From NCBI GenBank assembly GCA_051362555.1, contig CM120645.1:17360001-17424000 (forward strand): a stretch of 64,000 bases of DNA, written 5' to 3'. Under the pieces are notes generated by a model. That model was not told the origin of the DNA and did not search any database. It saw only the letters and a list, made by a program, of their open reading frames with translations. The translations under genes and the position numbers were made by a program. Source of the stretch: Lingula anatina. Taxonomy: Eukaryota > Animalia > Brachiopoda. How positions within the stretch are numbered: position 1 is the stretch's first letter; each line of letters starts with the position of its first letter. This document shows, piece by piece, positions 55,132 to 64,000 of the stretch.

Positions 55132-56779
55132 TTATGTCACAGAGTATCATATGGAGCAGACATACTAGTAATACATGTAAAGGCAAAATCGTTGATAAAT
55201 CAGGTCAAAATGATGACAAATTATATCTAAACAGAAATCTGCTACCAATAAAGATTATAGATGCAGTGAAGGTGTAACAACAAGATGCGGTAAAGATGTA
55301 CTGTAACAGTTTAAGGATAGGTGTTAGGAATGTACATGGGCTTAGCAAAAAGATAAGGAACTTGTAAACAAATAAATATAATATAGGTTTAGCAGAATCT
55401 TAGAGCTCAGTAAATTTAAATCAACCATTACATTACCAGACAGTCAATATGCACACTTTCATCAAGTGAGAAACCGTAGGAAAAATGAAAAATATACCAT
55501 CGGGATGTACTGTTCTGTATTAGAAAAATGTGAAAAAAGACATTGCCATGTTCAAAAGTAATAATAAAGCCATTTTCTTTCAAAAAGATCACTTTTCCCC
55601 TCAACTGAAAATTCGGACACTCAAAAAAATAATAAATAAATAAAAAAAATAAGGGATCGACAGAAACGTATTATCTTTTATTTAAACTGTTACTTTAGAC
55701 ACATAAACAGAAATATCCAAAAGATTAAATTAACCTTCCCCGTTGATAATAATACATCCATGTTTTAATTATTTTACTTGCTGTCAGAAATATCAAACGT
55801 AAAACACGCACATAAAATTTCCGCACACAACCCACGTTTTCACCCGAAGCAGACGTTTTTGTGCAGTTCCCGCATCCAGCAATAGGGCATATATTCATGA
55901 CACATATTAGGCAACTTCCCGTAGATTGTTTCTAGAGTACGGTCAGTAATGAGCGAACGAACTTGACGAGAGAACTTAGCGACTGATTAAGATAGAACGG
56001 TAGCTAGATCTACATGTTCAATCGTTCGTTTTTTTTCAGTTTTTTAGTTTAAAGAGACACCCAAATACATTAAAATTTTGACCAAAAAAAATTGAAGGTC
56101 ACCGACCAAATAGGTGAACTAGGTCCAAGTAGTTACCCATTAAGTATCAGACTTGTGCCAATTCAAATCAATGGGTAAATTGGTGTTGTTGTTTTTTTTA
56201 ATAAATCATTATTTTTATAATGTTCTAACGTACGAAATTTAAAAATTCGTATGAAGAAACATCCAAGTACATTAATAATTCTTTTTAAAAATTGGAGGTT
56301 CCCGATCAAATAAGAGAATTTGAAGTGTGCAACACCCTGCTTGACGCACTAATGCCCATTCAAATCAATGGGAAAAGGGGTGGTTTTTTTACTAAATTGT
56401 TCTTTTTTTTATTATGTTCTTTCGAATTGGAAAATTCTATGAAGAGATATCAAAGTTCATTCAAATTTGCAAAACAAAAATCAGAGGTTACGATCAGATA
56501 AGAAAACTAATCCAAGATGAACCGTTGTTGAACGCGTCATCGGCAAAATGAAAAGTTATGTATTTCTGAACTCAACGACAAGTAAACTGGAAAATTTATG
56601 GGTCATATTGGGGGGGGGGGGGCTATTGTTATTTAGAAAATGCAGAAAAGCCTTTCTGTAAGCTACACGTGCAAAGTACATGTATGATGAAGACAAATTG
56701 GATAATAAAAGTTATCTAACAATGTATTTGTAAAGTAATACAAATATGCTCAGTATTAAAGTACGGATTTTTTTAACTA

Positions 56780-57356
56780 GAGAGTTTTGGCAAGGCCTTC
56801 CGTATGACGTGTAACGTGTAGTTCAATACGTAATACGTTTTACGTACGCGAGAAAGCTAGCAGTGGTTTTGGCAGGTCTCACTCCGTATGCGGTTTTTTC
56901 ATATTATTTTTATTTATATTATATATAAATATTATAATATTTGGATTCTTTTTAGATAGATGAATAATTAAGATGTTGAATGGAATGTGTTATTTACGTC
57001 AATTGATACCGCAGATCCCGTTGTTTATGAAAAAAAATCAACTTAAATTGAATTTGATACTACTACGGACAACTGATTGACTGGCTGTTTTTCCAGCTGT
57101 TTTCACAGAGTATTTCTACCGACAGCGTCTAAAAGTGATTCAGTGGAATCTTAACACCCTATATATTCCTCTGCAGTATGTTAAACTTGAAAGAAATAAG
57201 CGTAAATCTATTAAATTCGATACGTTTCTTACCTACGTGTAATCACCGATTCATACGTAGTGCCGTATGACTTATGACTTGTCCTTGAGAAAAACTACGC
57301 ACAAAGTGATGACGTCGCACGTTATACGTCGTACGGAAGGCCTTGCCAAAACTCTC
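56780..57356. mobile_element. Harbinger-like MITE
   Basis: ~38-bp TIRs GAGAGTTTTGGCAAGGCCTTCCGTA...; CTA and TAA flanks. Confidence 0.75.
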
Positions 57357-58118
57357 TAATGTCTTAAATACGTTGAAAAGTATGAAATGTATGGAAATTA
57401 CGGGGAATTTCATGTTAGAAAGCAATACAAAAGTGACACCCAAAATCATGGCGAATCCGTATTGTTGTGCCATAGACAGTTATTTTACTTATTAGTAAAC
57501 AACAAGAAAAATATTTGTAGATAAATTCTCTCAGCTTTATTCGTTGCAGCACCGCACTCGCAAGTCTGTATTATTTCTGACCCCACTCTCCTCCAACTTT
57601 CATGAAATTTTGCTTGATTTCACGTTTATTGCAAGATTTTGGGCTATCTCTGATTCCCATTCAAAATATCTCATTGCACTTTTATACAAAAACGTTCTAC
57701 TCTATTATCAGAATGATTCAAAGCTTAATAAAAACGAAGTGTTGATAGCAGGAGACATTGCAAGGGAATGGTTGGAAAATGGAAATACATGACGTTTTGA
57801 AATTCTCTTTCCATGTCTTGATCGCCAATTACGAAACCTCCAAAACGAGACGGCGTGTCTAATTCTCGAAGGGGTGTTCGAAAAAGGGCAACGTCCTCTC
57901 GTTCACTTAAATCTTATGCCAAGGTTCTTTCATAGCACATATTAAATATAAATTGATGAAAACCATTTAACAGACCTCGTGGTGTGCATTTTACCCCTCA
58001 CCAACCACAGGCAGTATACGTAACGCAAGAGCAAAATTTTTCCTGCGTACTCGAGTCAATAACAAATTGTATCGTCTTATCACAATCAACTTTACTAGTA
58101 CCATTATTTGTATATTAC

Positions 58119-58186
58119 CATTTTCTCTTTCCTCTTCATCGTTCTCATCATTACGGCAGCCTGGTACCAAAGGCTGACTTCGACAC
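58119..58186 (-). CDS. VWD-protein linker exon (CRSQPLVPGCRNDENDEEEREN)
   Basis: ttttag acceptor and gtaata donor; 68 nt, phase 2-1, exactly bridging the flanking exons. Confidence 0.7.
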
Positions 58187-58720
58187 CTAAAATAAAAAAA
58201 AAATACAGGTTGTAGAGATCTTAGGTCCCAGCAAACATCTAGCGTTTTACAACGCTACCTTAACGTTTCCATATTATTTTGGTTGCTATGGTAACTTTAT
58301 AATAACAATCTGTGTTTGCTGGGTTCTGAGTAAGCAAGGACAGTCACCTCTATGTTCTATGCAGTTCAGATGGCATTCTTGATTGCATCTCAGGTGCTTT
58401 TTATTTCTATCCAAATTTAATTTTGTGGAGTTTCCATCCCGTTTGAAAATTATTTACCACCAATGTAGATACATTATTTTTCGTGGAAATATTTATTTAC
58501 CACAGCGGTGGCAATTATTTCTTCGATGATAATAATAATTTATCACATCGGTAAGGTAACGTTTTCACACAGATTCAAAGGAAACGCTTTGGTCACTATA
58601 AACCCGTACCAAAACTTTTAAGTTGCAAGCAACAGTGTAATTTCTCATAGCCAAATTTGTCCATGTTCAATCTGCGGTTTAAAGTAGTAGCAAAATATTT
58701 TCAGATTTATTCAGTTAAAG

Positions 58721-58888
58721 CAGGCCCGTAGCCAGCAATTTCAAAAGGGCGGTTCTTTTTCTGAAAAAGTGGACCTTTTCTCATAAAAACTCCATGTACC
58801 TAGTTCAAATTTAACCCAGAGTGGACCTTTCTCAGCAAAAGGGGCGGTTCTTTCGAACCCCCCGAACCCCCCCCTGGCTACGGGCCTG
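58721..58888. mobile_element. MITE with CAGGCCCGTAGCCAG TIRs and 5-bp TSD
   Basis: taaag|caggcccgtagcc ... ggctacgggcctg|taaag; a second copy lies at 357-529. Confidence 0.8.
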
Positions 58889-59688
58889 TAAAGCCTTTAT
58901 AAATTTTACCAAAAGCCGAATCTAAGTGAAGAGAGGGATAGATAAATGATTCGCGAGTGCGAGAAAATTGCTTATTTTCCCCGGGAAAATTTAATTTTTG
59001 TGGGTAAACCCTATGAAGTGTACCTTTATTAAGCGTGCGTTTTTCCGCCATTATACGTGCACCGACTTCCGGGTTGCGTTTAGTTCAAAACTAAGTGGAT
59101 ATGAATATGGAATATGGCGGCGAGGTTCGTCGGGGTGTGAAAAAAATAGATTACTTTTGTCAACATAATTTCATGGCATTTTTATGTTTAAAATGATCAA
59201 ATGTACTTCTTGCCTTCCAATAGGTTCAACTTGAAGTGGTATATGTATGTGTGTTTGAAGTTTTGACTTTGTCAACGAACATGTCTCGTAAACGTTTCTT
59301 AACTGCAAAACAAATGTTTTTTTAACATGTGCCCAACACTGTTACAGCAAGTATAGGTTTTGCTGTTTGTATATCCTTCACTGTTCCACTTATCAGCTAA
59401 TTACAATAAAGTAAGTAGTCTGCATCTAGGCACAACACAACAGATTTAGTGTGATCCTACGCTGGGGATTATTCCAGGGCGAATAAATGAAAGGGAATTC
59501 ATTTCTAGGAGAATCCCATGTAATGGTACGATTGGTTTGGAAGCATCTTAATGGGCCTAAGAGAGGTGCAATCATGGAATCACCCGGTGGTGTCTACTAG
59601 TTTTTACGTTAGTATTTACGAACTACCCACTGTAGGTAATACAAAGAAGGGTTGTTCTGTCTTCGATGTAAGCAGCTGCTATACTTAC

Positions 59689-60017
59689 TCATCATCATCG
59701 TCCGGATCAGCGATTCTATGACTATTTCCCACCAGATTATTTTTATCTGAGTGATCTCCGACGAATGTTCCGTTTGCAGTGGTGAAATCATCATCCATGT
59801 TCCCATTAAAGTTCCCACATAAGCCACAGAGTTTGTCCCGGTAGGCATTCGGAATTACCACGCCTACTCGGTGTTTGCCGCTATTTGTGGCGAAGACCAT
59901 TAATCCTGTATCCGCCATAGTGAACCGCATACGCACATTTTCTGACGGCCCGTTTTTAATTTGAATGATAGTGAATAGTTCGGTTTGATAAGGAAGGAGC
60001 TCTCTTCTTCCGTCGAC
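59689..60017 (-). CDS. VWD-protein exon: VWD1 C-half (VDG...LCGLCGNFNGNMDDDF)
   Basis: CGLCGNFNG motif; 329 nt, phase 0-2. Confidence 0.93.
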
Positions 60018-60548
60018 CTGTAAATCAAAGTGTAAGTAAGAATTTGGGTTTTCAATTTGTGAAAGTAAAAATCTTTCCTGTAAGGCAATGTATTGTGACC
60101 TTAGATAACAAAGACAGAGGTGTAAATTTGCCAAATCTACCATTAGGTTTTCAAAGCTAAATAATCTGTAATACTTGCATATATATTTGCAAATCAGTTA
60201 TCAGGATGAATTTAATTAATTTGTTAAAACACTGCCCTCGGCTTCTAGCATTACATGTCCTGCCTTTCCCTCTGTCCTTGCCATGTAGTACATGTATGTA
60301 CGCCCCAGTCACTGGCGTTTGCAGTGAGAATTCAAATTTCAAATTTTTATATTCCCAGTTGTGCGGAGGGGCGCAAACAGAAGGACTGTACTGTCCCTTG
60401 GGATTAGAACAGGAAATTATAATGAAACATTAATGATCAAGTAGAATGATGCATTTTTTCTTAGTTGCGCCTTATCAAAATCATAGATGTTATATACTGT
60501 TGAAATATTTCATCATTTTAGCAAGAGTGCAGAATAACAGATCTTTAC

Positions 60549-60832
60549 CGTCACATCAGATTTTCCTTCGGTAGTGGACATATCAATGGTATGTCCGGCC
60601 ACAGTTATTCTCACTGTCTTGGTGTAAGTCTTGATAGGTGAAAAGGAGGACTTGGTATTTTTCACCGCAATGTGGAACGGGAGCACGCCTTCTGGAAGTT
60701 CCGTACTGTTGGTAACTAAGGTATAGGTACACTCCCCTTGGAAATTAATAGAAGCCCCGTCACAGGTCTCATAGGTAGGATCGCCTCTTGCAAAGCATTG
60801 ACAGTAACTTGAATTTATTTGACGTTTCTGAT
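60549..60832 (-). CDS. VWD-protein exon: VWD1 N-half (CQCFARGDPTYETCDGASINFQGECTYTLV...)
   Basis: Manual translation gives the VWD motif C.A.GDP.Y.T.DG..F.G.C.Y.L; 284 nt, phase 1-0. Confidence 0.92.
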
Positions 60833-61884
60833 CTGAAAAAAGGGTTAAGATTCACGTATGAGAGCATTATATTTTAATAATGACACTGTTACAGCATGTA
60901 GACCAACATGGACCTTTCAAAGGATCATCTTCATGTGCTTTTTAAAATCTCAAGGCATGGGGGAAAATAAATGGCAGGAAATATTACTGAAACTGTTTAT
61001 TACGCACTCTAGATACCTAATTCATTCACACAAAACATTGCACCTACGTCATTTTATATCTAGATCATATGTTAAAACTGTGGGCAAGACGACAAATGAC
61101 GACCTCTTGCCATTTAGGCCCGCGTGCTTCATCTCGGATATCGGTGTTGAAATTAAAGCAATGTTTATCCATAAGTAAAATTAAACGTTCCAAATGATTA
61201 GCTTCCTGTGCCTTTAAAAATCTATATCTATTTACAAGATAAAGATTAAATATGAAGAACTATGCAAATTTTTTGAAAATATTGCTTTTGTGATAGTAAT
61301 AAATAATTTATTCCCTTTGACACTTGTATAAATAAAAATCAGACAGACCAAAGGAGCTAATAATGACAGCAGTCTGTATGGAATACGTTAGGAGTGAAAA
61401 AAAATATAGATCAAAACTGCTCTGAAAATGTGTTGAATACAGTGTTTTGAGTGGATATTGTGCGACAAGGAGGAAATGCCGAAAATACAAATATTAAATT
61501 TTTTATAGGGGAAAGGAAGCCTATTTCGTTTAAACTGTATGTTTTGAATAGCAAGGAAGTGAGAGAGAAAGAAAGAAATGGAATGTGTGTTGTTTGGAAT
61601 TCCATTGAGAATATACTATATAATTATGCTTTTGTTAATCTAACACCTTCATCAAAATCAGAAAATGCAACATAAAGGCACCGGCCAATTTAGAGCGACA
61701 TCAAGAACTGAAGACATAAACATTATAGGAAAAAAGATTAAGAAGAGGGAGAAAAAAATGACAGACATACCATAAAATATTCAACTGTCTAATGAAGCAC
61801 CAATGACATCTAGATAGATTTTACCGAATATTTGAAAAAAAAAAAAAGAATACGGCAGTTCGAAAAAATAAACTTTCGTCCTAC

Positions 61885-62301
61885 CTTCATGGACCTGTCT
61901 TACTACTGCTACATCGGACTGGTCAGCGCTGCTAGAGGCAATAAGTTGCAATTGCTTCGGGACTTCTTGTTCAATCGGGACGAATACCGGCACATGTTCT
62001 GGCACTGAAGGTGCTGTTGGCGGTTGAGACGTGGTCGTAAGCTTGGGTGGTATAGACCGACAGGTTTCTCGCCATAAACTCATTAGACCAACCTGCTGCA
62101 TCGGGTCGGAAATGAAACGCGGACTTTTTGCGTTGGCAAAGTCATGAAATTCACGGTGTGTGACAATACATGTTTGCTGCTCATGGTCAAAGTTCATTCC
62201 AATGGGGCATTCTCTCTTGTCTAAGCCAAACTCACTACAGAACCAATAATCACAGGCCGTCTCGGCATCGGGTGTCACTTCATTCAGAGGAGAACAAGGC
62301 A
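61885..62301 (-). CDS. VWD-protein exon: chitin-binding type-2 (peritrophin-A-like) domain plus Pro/Thr linker
   Basis: C..YWFC.......CPIGMNFD....TC cysteine spacing; ttttag acceptor and gtagga donor; phase 1-1. Confidence 0.8.
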
Positions 62302-63530
62302 CTAAAACGAAAATTGAACAAAACGTAAAATGACAGGGTTTTTTAGTTCAATCATTCACAAAATGTAACAAATACCTTCTGATATTTAAATTTTTAAGGG
62401 CAAACCGGCATGCTTACAATTATTACAAAACAACCCTGTTACTTGACTACTCGGCGTTTAAAAACGTCGGCCTCTTTTTATCTTATTTTTATCGCACTGA
62501 GAGGTCACCCTCTTAGTCCTTTGGACGAATCATTGGGGAATAAACTTTTTTCATACCTCAAAGATATGATTATATAGTGAAAGGGGTTAAACTCCAAAGA
62601 TGGAAGTCGGCTGAGTAGATTGGCAATCTGACATTGTCTCGTTTACACACACGAAACTTAAATCTTAGCTTTCTATGGGGCCATTCAGAATGAGAACGGC
62701 CGAGTGCTAGTTGGTCCACGGCCTAAATATGGCGCACCTACATGAAGACCGCTTAATCCTGTAATGGTCTCTTCGCCTCTTTCACGCCTCCCCACGCGTC
62801 GTCCCTCGACCGGTCTAATTGAGCCGAGATTTAATTACTGTGCCCCTGCAGGGACGACGCGTGGGGAGACGTATTTAATTTTTACAGCGTAATCTATCAT
62901 GTCATGTTTAACCTTTATAATTGGTTTCATTTTTCTTGGGGTTGATTAAGGTGGACTGATTGAATATTTGAGAGGGTCGAGGCAGCATAATATTAATACA
63001 GGCTACTACGTAAGTAAACCACACGAAATGGCAGTAATGGACAGGGGCTGAAGAAGTCTTAGATACGGAACTGAAGCATACCTTGACCTGGTGCCCGGAA
63101 CATTCTCGTTCAACACTTTCTTACGGTCGAACAAGTTAATAGGCAAAAAGCATTTCGATTCATTCTTAAACATGTTGTTTTAGTTGATCACCGTAGACTG
63201 TTAGCCCGGTGACCAAGGTGACCTGTTGTGGTTTTCTTGTCCTATTGTTTTTTAATGACCATTACCATCAAGTATTAAGTGGTTCACCATGATATGCTTC
63301 AGTGCCCTAACATGAGAACGTCAAATATGAGTCTATACTGCAAGAATGTTTAAAAAGGCGCAGTCACCATTTATATCATAAGGTCGACCAGTAAAATAAC
63401 CTGGAGTGATATTACTGGTAGCAAATTATTCTGTAAACACCAGTTGTCCTGTGAACCTTGAGAAATCTGACAGTTTCCGTTTCGATTAGGCCTGCTTCTA
63501 GTATATAAACGTTCATGTAGTGTTTCTTAC

Positions 63531-63623
63531 CTGTGTCAATGGATGGGGATTGATTTTTACAACAGTTTGTGGTATGTTATCGAAGTGTTTGCATTTATAC
63601 GGCTTTTGTGGATAGATTATTTT
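63531..63623 (-). CDS. Possible upstream exon of the VWD gene (KIIYPQKPYKCKHFDNIPQTVVKINPHPLTQ)
   Basis: ttcag acceptor and CAG|gtaag donor with one open frame; I could not resolve the phase link to the 62301 exon. Confidence 0.35.
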
Positions 63624-64000
63624 CTGAATTGATATATTCATTGAAATAATATAATTTCCCAACAAACAGTTTACAAATAACTATTCTTAACGGTTTTGCA
63701 AGTTAAAAACGTCTTTATAATTAGTGACCTGATGTCGCCTAAATCATTGCTCGACCCTTTCTTGTTTATTTTCAAAAACGCAACCCTCCTACGCCACCTA
63801 CGAGTGAATGGATCTTATTCTGCGTCAATTTAAGGCGCAAGGAAAAGCACACCAAATCACGTATTTTTCCTTTACCGCAAGGGAGCAAGCGAACGATACG
63901 AATCTAAGAAAAACAGCTCTACATAGCTGCAGAATCTATACTCTGAATTTAAATTATTCATGATATGTGAGAGTGTTAATCATTTAGCTTATACCAGCAT

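Overview
Eukaryotic, AT-rich, intron- and transposon-rich animal genomic DNA. It looks like a marine invertebrate, but the taxon cannot be determined from the sequence. Two minus-strand multi-exon genes were reconstructed by hand. (1) A complete IMP dehydrogenase (IMPDH) gene, 7459-46820, with 15 coding exons giving 515 aa (MADYLITGG...[10 protein letters not shown]...YEKRLF). It has two unusual features: a tandemly duplicated, probably mutually exclusive penultimate exon (14213-14296 and 14051-14134), and an upstream exon (47366-47649) that splices in frame to add a 95-aa N-terminal extension. (2) The 3' part of a probably secreted protein gene (52094 to at least 62301) with a chitin-binding type-2-like domain, two VWD domains lacking GDPH, and a degenerate C8-like domain. 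Introns carry many DNA-transposon relics (Sola3-like, hAT-like with 5-bp TSDs, TTAA-flanked, Harbinger-like and Helentron-associated elements), LINE 3' fragments and a Tc1 fragment. Several of these form long hairpins, including a ~425-bp near-perfect inverted repeat. Most ORFs in the supplied track are spurious.
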